Part shown: positions 51,427 to 61,723 of the stretch, in pieces
How the letters are laid out: every line of letters starts with the position of its first letter
Position numbering within the stretch: the stretch's first letter is position 1
Assembly (NCBI GenBank): GCA_965242965.1
Contig: OZ251518.1
Coordinates: 5,120,001 to 5,184,000 of the forward strand
DNA: 64,000 bases
Direction of reading: 5' to 3'
Origin: Candidatus Poribacteria bacterium
Lineage (GTDB): Bacteria; Poribacteria; WGA-4E; WGA-3G
Program-made: the position numbers and the translations under genes
Notes under the pieces: generated by a model
Seen by the model: only the letters and a program-made list of their open reading frames with translations
Database searches by the model: none
What the model was told of the DNA's origin: nothing

Positions 51427-53067
51427 ATGCATAACAGACCTCCGACTATCGGCGAATATCTCTTACGAAAACTGCATCACTACGACATTGAACACATCTT
51501 CGGTATCCCCGGTGATTACGTGCTGCGGTTCTATCACCTCATCGAACAGAACCCCATCCAGCACATCGGCATGACACGCGAAGATGCCGCCGGATACGCC
51601 GCTGACGCTTACGCACGCCTCAAAGGCATGGGGGCCGTTTGTATCACCTACTGCGTCGGCGGATTGTCAATGGTGAATGCCATCGCGGGTGCCTACGCCG
51701 AAAAATCGCCTGTCGTTGTGATTAGCGGCGCACCCGGCATCAAAGAACGCGCCAAGGACGCACTGCTGCACCACAAAGTGCGCGATTTTCACACGCAACA
51801 GCGCATCTATGAGGAGATTACCGTCGCAACCGCGCTGCTTGACGAACCGTTCGCCGCTTTCAACGAGATCGACCGGGTGCTTGACGCTGTTTATCGATAT
51901 AAACGTCCCGGCTACATTGAACTCCCGCGCGATATGGTGGACATCCACGGCTCGCTCCACCAAAGGCCCTCAACAGGCGGACACCTCAGTGACCCGGCCG
52001 TTCTGGATGCTGCCGTTGCCGACGCGCTCGATTTCATCAACCATAGCAAAAATCCGGTGATTCTGGCAGGTGTTGAACTTCATCGATTCGGGTATCAAAA
52101 CAAGCTTCTCAGGTTGGTGGAAGAAAAACGCATCCCTGTGGTGGCGACGCTCCTCGGCAAATCGGTGATGCCGGAGGGACATCCGCTCTACCTAGGCGTT
52201 TATGAGGGTGCGATGGGACGGGAAGATGTCCGCCAATTCGTTGAAAACTCCGATTGCGTCATCATCCTCGGTGCCTTCATGACGGATGTAAATCTCGGCA
52301 TTTACACGGCGAATCTTGAACGCGGGAAATCCATCTACGCAACATCGGAAAAGATTGCCGTGCGCTATCGTGCCTATGAAGAAGTTATGTTGGACGATTT
52401 TATTGACGGCATCGGTTCGTCACATCTCCGGAGGCGGAAGAAACCGAACGTGGAATGGGCAAAGCAGCCCGCCGAACCTTTTGAGATATCCCCAGACGCG
52501 CCGTTAAGCGTGAAACGGCTGTTCCAGCATCTCAACGAATTCATGCGCGAAGGCCTTACGGTAATCGCCGATGCAGGCGATAGTCTCTTCGGCGCGCTGG
52601 ATTTGCGGATGCATCAGCGCAACGATTTTATCAGTCCTGCCTATTACACATCGATGGGGTTCGCTGTCCCGGCATCTGTCGGCGCGCAACTCGGCAGACC
52701 GGATACGCGGCCCATCGTTATCGTCGGCGATGGCGCGTTCCAAATGACAGGGATGGAACTTTCCACAACGGCGCGCTATGGGCTCAATCCGATTGTCCTC
52801 GTCTTGAATAACCACGGCTATGGCACGGAACGGCACCTCCACGAAGGCGCGTTTAACGACATTCGGGACTGGAACTATAGCCGATTGCCGGAGGTATTCG
52901 GCGCGGGTAGAGGCTACCATGTCCGCACCGAAGGCGAATTTGACGATGCCTTCAAAGCCGCTCTCGCAGAGACGGAGCACTTTGTCCTGATTGAAGTGGA
53001 ACTTGAGAAGTTGGACCGGTCACCGGCATTGGCACGCTTGGCGGAACGCATGTCTGATAAAATCTGA
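51427..53067 (+). CDS. ThDP-dependent alpha-keto acid decarboxylase (indolepyruvate/phenylpyruvate decarboxylase-like)
   Basis: FGIPGDY, AGYAADAYAR, LHH, GDGAFQMTG...NN. Confidence 0.92.
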   Translation: MHNRPPTIGEYLLRKLHHYDIEHIFGIPGDYVLRFYHLIEQNPIQHIGMTREDAAGYAADAYARLKGMGAVCITYCVGGLSMVNAIAGAYAEKSPVVVISGAPGIKERAKDALLHHKVRDFHTQQRIYEEITVATALLDEPFAAFNEIDRVLDAVYRYKRPGYIELPRDMVDIHGSLHQRPSTGGHLSDPAVLDAAVADALDFINHSKNPVILAGVELHRFGYQNKLLRLVEEKRIPVVATLLGKSVMPEGHPLYLGVYEGAMGREDVRQFVENSDCVIILGAFMTDVNLGIYTANLERGKSIYATSEKIAVRYRAYEEVMLDDFIDGIGSSHLRRRKKPNVEWAKQPAEPFEISPDAPLSVKRLFQHLNEFMREGLTVIADAGDSLFGALDLRMHQRNDFISPAYYTSMGFAVPASVGAQLGRPDTRPIVIVGDGAFQMTGMELSTTARYGLNPIVLVLNNHGYGTERHLHEGAFNDIRDWNYSRLPEVFGAGRGYHVRTEGEFDDAFKAALAETEHFVLIEVELEKLDRSPALARLAERMSDKI

Positions 53068-53088
53068 ATACCGAAAGGGATATTTCAC

Positions 53089-53886
53089 ATGAACCACACC
53101 GATTTAGAGCAGCTCGTCCCTGCAGGCATGGTGCTCATTCCCGCGGGGCAATTCCAGATGGGCAGCGATGACGATGAGGCGCACGAGAACGAACGGCCGG
53201 TGCATACTGTCCACTTGGATGCGTTCTTCATGGACGTATACGAAGTCACGAACGCGCAGTTCAAAGTATTTGTTGACGCAAATCCACAGTGGCAAAAAGA
53301 CAAGATTGATGCCCGGTTCCACTGGGGCTATTATCTCAACGATTGGGATGACAATAACTATCCCTCTGGGAAAGCCAACCATCCGGTAACTTTTGTGAGT
53401 TGGTATGCGGCGATGGCGTATGCGGCATGGGTTGGAAAACGGCTGCCAACGGAGGCGGAGTGGGAATATGCGGCACGCGGTGGGCTTGCTGGAAAGAAGT
53501 ATCCCTGGGGCAACACGATTTCGCCTGTCAACGCGAACTACGCGGGACATGTCGGCGATACGTCAGCGGTTGGACAGTATGCGGCGAATGGGTACGGGTT
53601 ATACGACATGGCGGGTAATGTCTGGGAATGGTGTATTGACGAATATGATTGTACTCGTGATTTCTACGCTGAGTCTCGTGACAGTCGGAATCCTATCGCT
53701 GGGGAGTGCATCAGTTGGCTCGTGAATAATTTCACAAGTATCCCGCCGAACAGCATCCGTGTGTTGCGGGGTGGAGGCTGGGGCCTTACCGAGCCCTTCC
53801 TGCGTGTCGCCTATCGCGACGATGCTTCGTCGGCGTTCACGCTCGCGCTCGTCGGTTTTCGTTGCGCGAGGACTGCTACGCCTTGA
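53089..53886 (+). CDS. FGE/SUMF1-domain (CLec-fold) protein
   Basis: F.MGS, P.H.V, EVTNAQF, RLPTEAEWEYAARGG, N.YGLYDMAGNVWEW, RVLRGG.W, GFRC. Confidence 0.93.
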   Translation: MNHTDLEQLVPAGMVLIPAGQFQMGSDDDEAHENERPVHTVHLDAFFMDVYEVTNAQFKVFVDANPQWQKDKIDARFHWGYYLNDWDDNNYPSGKANHPVTFVSWYAAMAYAAWVGKRLPTEAEWEYAARGGLAGKKYPWGNTISPVNANYAGHVGDTSAVGQYAANGYGLYDMAGNVWEWCIDEYDCTRDFYAESRDSRNPIAGECISWLVNNFTSIPPNSIRVLRGGGWGLTEPFLRVAYRDDASSAFTLALVGFRCARTATP

Positions 53887-53935
53887 CACTTAACTCCCTT
53901 GCCTATTCTGATTCGTAAACCGATCAGACCCCTTG

Positions 53936-54370
53936 GTAGGAGAGACCTCCCGGTCTCGATACGAGCGATGTCCCGGTAGGCGAGACCTCCTGGTCTCGAT
54001 GCAATAGGGCGGCGCGCCTCCCGGGGCAGCGGCGGCAGAAGGTCCCCCTTCATCGTAGGGCGAGGGCCTGTCCCTCGCCAGCGTTTTGCTGTCAGTTCCA
54101 TCCCCCCTGTAGGTCAGGATCGCCTGATCCTGACCCGTTTGTGATCAGGCGATCACAAACTACAGAGAGGGGAGAACGAAAAAAACGTCTCTTGTTCTCT
54201 TCAGGTCCGTAGGACCTTAGGCACAGCGAGGGACAGGCCCTCGCCCTACGATGGAAGGTCCTACCAGGAAGGCATCAAGACCGGGAGGTCTCGCCTACCC
54301 ACGAAAAACCTATCATCTTGGAAATCTTGGAAATCTTGGAAATCCTGCTCTAAATCCTGCTAACCCTGAC
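53936..54370. repeat. REP mosaic plus 9-mer repeats between convergent genes
   Basis: GTAGGAGAGACCTCCCGGTCTCG, GTAGGGCGAGGGCCTGTCCCTCGCC, GTAGGTCAGGATCGCCTGATCCTGAC; TCTTGGAAA x3. Confidence 0.9.
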
Positions 54371-54418
54371 AGGTGGGAAAACGACATCCGCCCTAATCTC
54401 GCCTATCGTTGTTCCAAC

Positions 54419-56701
54419 TCATTTTCGGATGAGCATTTTCCGCGTCGCCGAAAAGGCACCCGCGTGAAGAGTGTAAAGGTAAACCCCACTACTCACAGGC
54501 TCCCCCATCTCATTGCGGCCATCCCAATAGACTGCCTGCGCTGGAGAAGAATAATCCCCCGATGGCAGTATTCCCGGAGATAGAACGCGAATAAGCTGTC
54601 CTGTTGCGGCGTAGATGCGTATCGTGATAAGGCTCTCGTTCGCAAGCCGGAACGGAATCCACGTTTCTGGATTGAAGGGATTGGGAAAGTTTTGTAGCAG
54701 TTGATTATGCTTGACTTGCCCCAAGGTTACGATGCGTTTCCCGCGCGGTTCCACGGCGACAGCCCCTGAAGGTAACAGTTCCCTTCCATCCCAAATCTGA
54801 ATTTGCCCTGTGTCACTATAGGACAAGACAACCGTGCCATCTTGACTCACGGCAAAACGCGCTGGAATGGGTGAGTGGAGGACAGGTGTGTTGGTTTGCC
54901 ACTCCCAGATTTGGAGGAAGTTGTCTTGCTCGGCGAAAAGATAGCGTCCATCGGTGCTAAAATGCGCCGGACCGTCTACGTCTAACAACGTTGTTACAAG
55001 TTCCGGGGCATCTTGAGTTAATCTCCAGATTTGGAGATGCTCTCGGACGGGCACGGCGAGCACGGTTGTGCCGTCAACCTTACCAAACGCATACTTTTCC
55101 CACCATCCAACGAAAAGTTCTGGCACGTGCCAGGCATATTGGAATGCGAAGGAGTCTCCTTCGCGTTTCCACAGCAGAACCTTGTCTTCGTCGCCGCCGG
55201 TGGCCACCAAGTATGCGTCATTTTCACTGAACGCAATTCCGTCAAACCAGGTTCCGTGTTTTCCATCAGGGATGGCTCGCTGAATCTTCTCCGGATTTTC
55301 GACATCAAAGAGCAGAATTTCCCTATAACCGCGTGCGGCTACCCACCTTCCGGTCGAACTGAAGGCAATGTCAGAGTGGCCGTGTCCGTAAGGAAACTGC
55401 GTTTCAATGTCGCCGGTCTGAAGATTGTAGAGTTGAATCCACGGATCTCGGCCAACCGCCAACTTTTGTCCATCGGGAGAAATGGCGAACATGCGGAATG
55501 TCCCATCTTCCGCGGAGATAAGTTGCCGCAGCTGCTGTGAAGCAATGTCCCAAACTTTAATGAAATAAGGGGATACGGAGACGAGGGTTCGTCCATCAGG
55601 GCTCATTACCGGCGGGTAAAACCCGCTCTCAAAATCGGCCCACATCCTGAGTTGTCGCCTTGCCTCAATGTCCCAGAGGACAGTAGCATCCCAATAGTCT
55701 AGTAGCGCGGTTTTTCCATTTGGCGATAAGGCGAGAGTTTCCAATCTACGAAATTCTGTCCCGAACGTATCAAGTTGTTGTCCGGATGCAACATCCCAGA
55801 TGCGCACCTGGTCATCCCAACCTTCCCAGGTTTTACCGTCTAAGCAACGGAGCGCGCCTGTCTCAGTTGCAACGTATAAGCGTTGACTGTCAGGACTAAA
55901 GACGGCACCTGAGATGTATCCGATGCCGCTCTCTTCCCACCATAACAGTTCTCGCGTATCCAGCTGCCAGACGTAAACGCAACTTGAATGATGTCCAATT
56001 GTTGCGAGGAACTCGCCGTTTGGACTGATAGTCGCCATCTCTATCCAATTGCCGCGATGGCCCTCAAAATGCCCTTCCAAGCGGCGGGTTTTGACGTTCC
56101 ACAACTCTGGTTCCGGTCTGCCGGAGGCGACGATGAGATAATCCGCGTTTGGTGTGAAAACCAGGGCGTGCTCCCTTCGGAAATACGAGCAGGTCCCGCC
56201 GCCTGCGGTGTAGTCGCACTGTTTCCACGGCCGACGTTCACCTGTCATTGTGCTGAGCCACTCGCCGGTTTGCCAATTCCAGAGATGAATCTTATCATCA
56301 AAACCGATGGCGAACAGCGTTCCCTTCGGGCTGAATGCCCCGGCAATCGAGTAGATAGGAATTTCCCACTCGGATATTTGTTCGCGCAGTGTGACATCCC
56401 AAATAGTGACGCGAGTTGCTTTGGGACCAACGCCAGGGCGCAGAATTGCGAGATGTTCCGCGGTCGGACTCAACACCACTTCCATGATGTCGTTTCCCGC
56501 GCCGAATTCGTCGATAACTGCACCTGTCTCAGGATGGATAATCTGCAGATGTGTCCATCCAACGCGCAGGATGGTTCCATCGGAGAGAAAGGCATGTTTT
56601 TCTGGATGGGGCTCCCCAATCGTGCCGATAAGTTCATCAATAGGAAGGGCAGCACACGGCATCCAGAGAAGGCTAAAAAGCAGGACAAAAAGCGTTTTCA
56701 T
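54419..56701 (-). CDS. Exported WD40 protein with C-terminal FlgD-Ig/T9SS-CTD-like domain
   Basis: Signal peptide; degenerate FSP.G...W repeats; LLQNFPNPFNPETWIPF...YWDGRNE.GE.VSSGVY.Y...TRKMLI.K. Confidence 0.88.
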   Translation of the reverse strand: MKTLFVLLFSLLWMPCAALPIDELIGTIGEPHPEKHAFLSDGTILRVGWTHLQIIHPETGAVIDEFGAGNDIMEVVLSPTAEHLAILRPGVGPKATRVTIWDVTLREQISEWEIPIYSIAGAFSPKGTLFAIGFDDKIHLWNWQTGEWLSTMTGERRPWKQCDYTAGGGTCSYFRREHALVFTPNADYLIVASGRPEPELWNVKTRRLEGHFEGHRGNWIEMATISPNGEFLATIGHHSSCVYVWQLDTRELLWWEESGIGYISGAVFSPDSQRLYVATETGALRCLDGKTWEGWDDQVRIWDVASGQQLDTFGTEFRRLETLALSPNGKTALLDYWDATVLWDIEARRQLRMWADFESGFYPPVMSPDGRTLVSVSPYFIKVWDIASQQLRQLISAEDGTFRMFAISPDGQKLAVGRDPWIQLYNLQTGDIETQFPYGHGHSDIAFSSTGRWVAARGYREILLFDVENPEKIQRAIPDGKHGTWFDGIAFSENDAYLVATGGDEDKVLLWKREGDSFAFQYAWHVPELFVGWWEKYAFGKVDGTTVLAVPVREHLQIWRLTQDAPELVTTLLDVDGPAHFSTDGRYLFAEQDNFLQIWEWQTNTPVLHSPIPARFAVSQDGTVVLSYSDTGQIQIWDGRELLPSGAVAVEPRGKRIVTLGQVKHNQLLQNFPNPFNPETWIPFRLANESLITIRIYAATGQLIRVLSPGILPSGDYSSPAQAVYWDGRNEMGEPVSSGVYLYTLHAGAFSATRKMLIRK

Positions 56702-56856
56702 GAGAAACCTCCAAATCCTGTCCGTTTATTGCTTAATATCTAGCAATTTTCATGCCAACGGAATCGCGTTTAAAGGGAGGTTTCAACCGATTTTTCTGGC
56801 AAAAGGCGTAAAATCTGTTCAGTTTCTGAACAAGGATTAGACACTATGCAACCGCT

Positions 56857-57663
56857 CTACTGCAACGCGGCGATTTTATCACGCAAGAACCCCGTGCAAA
56901 AAGGCACCTGCGCCTCCGAAAGCCCGTGCAGTATAACCGGGCCTTCATAACCTGTCCGCTTGAGCAATCCGAGATACTGCTCGTAGTCCAGCAAGCCGGT
57001 GCCTGCGGCGAGGTGTCCCGCCTGGCCGTCTCTATCCAAGTCTTTCGCGTGTGCAAGCACGATGTCTTCGCCGAGTAGTTCAAACGCTTCGTCAAGAATC
57101 TCGCGCATTCGCGGCAATTCGCCTTTGTGGAAGATGTTCGCGCCGTCCATCACCACTTTCAGAAGCGGCGACTGCATTTCATCGATGAGGCGGCGCGCCT
57201 TCTTGGCAGAATCGACGACGTTCGCTACTTCCGGCTCAATTGCAAGCGTGACGTTGTATGCCGCTGCCACCTCTAACGCCTGCGTCATTGAGTCAACCAA
57301 GTCGTTCCATGCCGCTGCCGTATTATTATCGGGATGGGCGCGCCACATGCTGTCCGCATCGCGGCTGCCGGTGCAGAGTGTAATCACCGAAGTGCCGAGC
57401 GGTTCGCACGCCGCCGCGACAGAACGCAACATGTTCAAGCCATCGTGACGTTTCTGAACATCCGGATGAATCATGTTGTAGGTGCCTGATAACGCCGAGA
57501 CAGTTATCTGTCGAGCATCCAACGTCTGACGAATCTCTGCCAGCGGCGGTGCTGATGCAGCGACGTGATATTGTAAATGGTGGACACCGTGTTTGACGAT
57601 AGCATCCAGCGTTTCGCCGAGTGTTTCCCGGCGGATGGTGCCTTCCATCAATCCGATTTGCAT
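56857..57663 (-). CDS. Sugar phosphate isomerase/epimerase (TIM barrel)
   Basis: GTYNMIHPD, LCTG, IEPE, MDGAN, HAKD. Confidence 0.88.
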   Translation of the reverse strand: MQIGLMEGTIRRETLGETLDAIVKHGVHHLQYHVAASAPPLAEIRQTLDARQITVSALSGTYNMIHPDVQKRHDGLNMLRSVAAACEPLGTSVITLCTGSRDADSMWRAHPDNNTAAAWNDLVDSMTQALEVAAAYNVTLAIEPEVANVVDSAKKARRLIDEMQSPLLKVVMDGANIFHKGELPRMREILDEAFELLGEDIVLAHAKDLDRDGQAGHLAAGTGLLDYEQYLGLLKRTGYEGPVILHGLSEAQVPFCTGFLRDKIAALQ

Positions 57664-57666
57664 GGG

Positions 57667-58866
57667 TTATTCTCTCCTTCTTTCTTTGAGCTCCGGTTTG
57701 AGACGCATGGCTTTCTCCAGCTCTGCGATGGCCTCTTCATGTTTGCCGAGTTTTGCCTTCGTCACGCCGCGATTACGATATGCCTCAGCAAAATTCGGAT
57801 TGAGCCGCAACGCCTCGTCGTAGTTTGCCAGGGCCTCTTCGGGTTGCTGCAGGCGATTCCAGAGATTGCCTCGGTTGTTGTAGACATTGGCGAGGTTGAG
57901 AAGCGCAACCTTCGACGCACACCGCAGCCGAAGTGCCTCATCGTAAGCAGCAAGAGCCCTTTTCGTTTTGCCGCCCTCCGATAGCAAAAAGCCAAGCGAG
58001 AAAAAGGCGTGCGAGGCAACGGCGTTGATGTGCAATGCCTCTGTTTTCGGCATATCGGTTGGGCTATCTTCCGCTGGTTCTGCCAACCCCGCACCGAATG
58101 CAGGGACGAACTTTTCCTCAAAGTCTTCAATGAGCCGAAAAGTCCATTCCATTACTGAGGCTAACGGATGCTCTCCATCTACTGTATAAGCAAGTTCGAC
58201 GTGCAACGCATGCGCCCACTGATAGTCGTCTTCTGCTAACGCGAGGGGGTTGCCTTGAGAATCTTGCTTGCACTCCGAAATTGTTCCATCACGCCGATGC
58301 ACGAAATCCGTTAATCTCTCAAGCACCTCACTCAGCCAATCATAGTCATCTTCCGAGTAGGGCGGCGTTCCAAGCGTTTCCAATTGAACCGTTTGGACTG
58401 GGGCGGCACCGTCCTGCAATTGCGTCCTGCTCGGCACTATATCAACGAGTAAGGCATTGTCCTCCAATTTTGCAAGGTAGGCGGGTAAGTTATAGCCTTG
58501 CCCAACTATTAACGCCGCATCGGAGGCGGGTTGTGTGCCGGTTAACATTGTCTGAGGGTGTTTCATAACTCCGTTTCGGTATTTATCCCCCCTTGGGGGC
58601 GGGCGAATACCGAGCCCTCTGGCTAAGAAAGACCGGGAGGGCTCTCCTACCGGAAGGTATCGGGCCCACCTCTGTAGTTCGGGATCGCCTGATCCCGAAC
58701 AGTTCAGGATCAGGCGATCCTGAACTATAGGGGGATGCGGTCTGCCAGCAAAACGATGGCGAGGGACAGGCCCTCGCCCTACGTGAAGGGAAGGCGTTTT
58801 TTCACCGTAGCGCGGTGGCCTGTCCCCGCGACGTTGAGCGATATATGAAACACCCTCAGTTAACAT
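57667..58866 (-). CDS. TPR protein with a MITE-derived 106-aa N-terminal extension (ancestral start 58548)
   Basis: YNNRG...EEALANYDEALRLNP..AEAY.NRG TPRs; 'MLT' start duplicated. Confidence 0.8.
   Translation of the reverse strand: MLTEGVSYIAQRRGDRPPRYGEKTPSLHVGRGPVPRHRFAGRPHPPIVQDRLILNCSGSGDPELQRWARYLPVGEPSRSFLARGLGIRPPPRGDKYRNGVMKHPQTMLTGTQPASDAALIVGQGYNLPAYLAKLEDNALLVDIVPSRTQLQDGAAPVQTVQLETLGTPPYSEDDYDWLSEVLERLTDFVHRRDGTISECKQDSQGNPLALAEDDYQWAHALHVELAYTVDGEHPLASVMEWTFRLIEDFEEKFVPAFGAGLAEPAEDSPTDMPKTEALHINAVASHAFFSLGFLLSEGGKTKRALAAYDEALRLRCASKVALLNLANVYNNRGNLWNRLQQPEEALANYDEALRLNPNFAEAYRNRGVTKAKLGKHEEAIAELEKAMRLKPELKERRRE
58553..58858. mobile_element. MITE (TIR TGAGGGTGTTTCATA) inserted at the TPR gene start codon
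   Basis: TIRs at both ends; GTTAACATTGTC duplicated at 58541 and 58859. Confidence 0.88.
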
Positions 58867-58978
58867 TGTCTACTCCTCACGCATTCCACATTTCTATGCC
58901 CACCGAACAGGCGAATTCAAGGCGGTTAATGGGGGCGGCCATAGATAGCCGTCCCCAAATTGCGCTGACAGATTGCAG

Positions 58979-60406
58979 TTAGTTCTCTTCTTCTGCACGC
59001 TCGGCAGAGTTACCACCGAAGAGCCGTTCAATCAATTCCGCTGTCTCCGCATCGTCTGACTTGAGTTTGCGAAGGCCTTTCTCCTCACCATGGCGGTTCA
59101 AGGTTTCCATCGCACGCTGGAGACGTTCAGGTTCCAGTTCAAACTGCTCTCGGAGTTTCGCCTCAATGCTTTCGTTTGTCGGAAGTTCTGGCATCTGCGG
59201 CGTTAGCAGCTTCTCAAGTTCCGCCGCTATCTCCGCATCGCTCAGCGTCGTCCACTCGCGGGACTGTTCTTGCATCCGTTCAAATTTCTCTTGCGCAGCA
59301 CGGGCGGCTTCCTGAACCCGGTCTGGTGCTTCATCAACGGACTCGGATGCGGGTTGCCTTGAGAGCTCCAAGAGTGCCGGCACCTCTAGCGCAGCATCGT
59401 TGGATGGAACAGGTTCTGCAGTTGGCGTTGGCACGGGTTCAATCCCCAACTGTTCACGCACCGCCCCACGCGAGGGAAGGGAAGCGTCACTGAGGACATT
59501 GCCTTTCTCATCAACGTAGACAACTTCCCATCCATCCGGCACTATACCTCTGTAAAGCAGGTCAAACCGCTGTTTTTCAGAGAGTTGCGGGCCCACAATT
59601 TCCGTTATCTTCCCACTCTCATCCCTCGTTACTGAACTTGACATTGACGCGATAGATGCACCTGTTTCCGAACGCTGAACATACATTCTTCCTGCAGCAG
59701 ATGGATGAACATTTTCACCTATCGTCACCCAACTTTTCACGTCAGGGTTGGCGCGTTTTGCTTCTCGGATGCGTTGGCGCCGCTGAATTAGACTATCAAC
59801 TAACGCCGTTTGCGTTGTTCCCGGTTCATCGCCCGCGGCGCGCTGTTCCTCCCGAAACAGTTTCGAGCGCATGTTCAGGTATGCCTCGTAATCGCCAAAA
59901 TTGTCAATGGTAACCCCTTTGTCAAGGAGCATCTGAATCCACTCGGCGCGGGGATATTCCGCTTCAATGTCAGCCTGCGTCCAATTGACTTTTTGAAGTT
60001 CACCGTCACGGTTTTCTATAGAGAAACTCCCTCTCTGGGTTTCGTTCCTCATATCGTATTGGATATCAAACGCATCCATGAGTGCCGCAACGGTTTGCTG
60101 TCCGTCATACTTCTTCGCCTTGAAAAAGGAGAGCAGTGAACTCTTCTCGCGTTGAACGTCGGCGCGCTTTTCAAATTTCGCGCGCTGTTTGCTCCGGATG
60201 TCGGCTATCTGCGCGCCTGTCAGAGGTGCCGCGTCTGGGTTCTCTGTCTTGAATGTTTCAAGCATCCGCGTGACAGCAGCTTCCGTTTGCACCTCGGTCC
60301 AGTTATCCCACCACGCCTTGGAATTTTGCTCGGCGCGCCACACGAGGAAGGCGGCTCCCAAAACGAGCAAAAGTAACACGGCGATGGCAATGTGTCTGCC
60401 TTTCAT
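58979..60406 (-). CDS. Membrane-anchored hypothetical protein
   Basis: AAGGAGG RBS, N-terminal TM, charged helical C-terminus. Confidence 0.7.
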   Translation of the reverse strand: MKGRHIAIAVLLLLVLGAAFLVWRAEQNSKAWWDNWTEVQTEAAVTRMLETFKTENPDAAPLTGAQIADIRSKQRAKFEKRADVQREKSSLLSFFKAKKYDGQQTVAALMDAFDIQYDMRNETQRGSFSIENRDGELQKVNWTQADIEAEYPRAEWIQMLLDKGVTIDNFGDYEAYLNMRSKLFREEQRAAGDEPGTTQTALVDSLIQRRQRIREAKRANPDVKSWVTIGENVHPSAAGRMYVQRSETGASIASMSSSVTRDESGKITEIVGPQLSEKQRFDLLYRGIVPDGWEVVYVDEKGNVLSDASLPSRGAVREQLGIEPVPTPTAEPVPSNDAALEVPALLELSRQPASESVDEAPDRVQEAARAAQEKFERMQEQSREWTTLSDAEIAAELEKLLTPQMPELPTNESIEAKLREQFELEPERLQRAMETLNRHGEEKGLRKLKSDDAETAELIERLFGGNSAERAEEEN

Positions 60407-60538
60407 GGTAGTTTCCTCCTTCATAGTTGAGAAAAAAGCGTGTGCCTTATGAACCTGCACTTGGGTAGAGTCAATTGAACCGAAAAAGGATAGTAAAAAC
60501 TGACAAAAAAGCGTATCGCTTTATGTAACGTTCACTAT

Positions 60539-61723
60539 TTAGGATACCTCTCGCTTTTGAATTAAGAAAAGGAATTCGCGGTTTGGACGTTCCGATGCGC
60601 TTACCCATTCATGTGTCCACTTCATGCTGGCCATGACGTTTTTCTTATAATTGCGGGCAACGACATCAAGCAGTTTACCATGCTTTTGAATCACTTCATT
60701 GAGTTCTTTGGCGGTTGCCCGGCCGCCAGAACTATATGATAGAAGTATCCATCGCGCTTGCGTTACCTGAATCAGTTTGTCAATTGCATCAACGGCGATG
60801 AAGCGGCCCTCCCGGTTGCGTCGAAATTCTTCAAAAACAGAGGCAGAAACCGTATCTGATGTATCCTTACGTCGCCTTGCCTTCCCAAAAAGTGGCGGCC
60901 GGTCAAAGAGAACAACGCTTTGCCAGAGGTGGTAATATGCGGCGTATCTAACCCGGGAGGCGGGCATTTTATCATTGCTTGATCCGTACGGCGGATCAAA
61001 ATATGCGATGTCTACGGTGACACGCGGTGCTAACTCAAAAATGTCGCTCCGGAAAACTTGATGTTTTCCAGTTGCACAAGTCAGTCTCCGGTTGCCGAGA
61101 AGGTGTGAATCTGCCCTAACGAGATTCGGCACCTTCATTACAAATTCTCGATAGGAGCGAGGTGCCCATTCTCTGAGATAAGCAGAAAAGTGACCAAGGC
61201 TATTGTCAACCTTGTCTAATGCCAAAATTAGACTTGTTAACGCTACCGCTTTATCTACTGCATTGAGGTTGAGCCTTTCAATTTCCTGCCGGACTGCATC
61301 CAATTTGCGCGTGTTATGCAACTGCCATGGTCTCTTAAGCCCATCTTCTTGCATTGCGCATCCGCCGTTAGGATGCCCACCATAATGCTCAGTGAACCAG
61401 CCATCAACAGGCGGAATGGCGTTGAGATGCTCAATGAGCGGTTGATATGCCTCTTGCCGGTTTTCGGAGAGAAGATAGCATCTCCCAAAAATTTCCGACC
61501 ACGGTGCAATGTCATTGCAGAGGAATGTATAGCCCGACTTGGCGAGTGCCTGTGCGACTCGCGTCGTCCCTGAAAAGCCGTCTAAAACGGTTTTCGCCTT
61601 GACTTTCGCGGCTAGATGCAATATGTCAGGGATAAGTTTCAACTTCGATCCGACGTATTTTATGCCTTCTGTGGCAGGGGCATCAAGCCGGAAGTCATCA
61701 AAGAGTGGAAGCGTTTGAGTCAC
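60539..61723 (-). CDS. D12-class N6-adenine DNA methyltransferase
   Basis: KYVGSK, DGFSGT, ND, YFDPPY, LSYS; GTGA overlap with the endonuclease stop. Confidence 0.9.
   Translation of the reverse strand: MTQTLPLFDDFRLDAPATEGIKYVGSKLKLIPDILHLAAKVKAKTVLDGFSGTTRVAQALAKSGYTFLCNDIAPWSEIFGRCYLLSENRQEAYQPLIEHLNAIPPVDGWFTEHYGGHPNGGCAMQEDGLKRPWQLHNTRKLDAVRQEIERLNLNAVDKAVALTSLILALDKVDNSLGHFSAYLREWAPRSYREFVMKVPNLVRADSHLLGNRRLTCATGKHQVFRSDIFELAPRVTVDIAYFDPPYGSSNDKMPASRVRYAAYYHLWQSVVLFDRPPLFGKARRRKDTSDTVSASVFEEFRRNREGRFIAVDAIDKLIQVTQARWILLSYSSGGRATAKELNEVIQKHGKLLDVVARNYKKNVMASMKWTHEWVSASERPNREFLFLIQKREVS

Noticed and set aside
53089-53886. True formylglycine-generating enzyme for the sulfatase-like gene
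   Set aside because: Lacks the catalytic Cys pair in the RGGS...C...C core, and the sulfatase-like protein lacks a Cys/Ser target.
61065-61115. Possible repeat-derived insert in the D12 MTase (ADSHLLGNRRLTCATG)
   Set aside because: No second copy in the window and no clear GTAG hairpin, so it cannot be supported.
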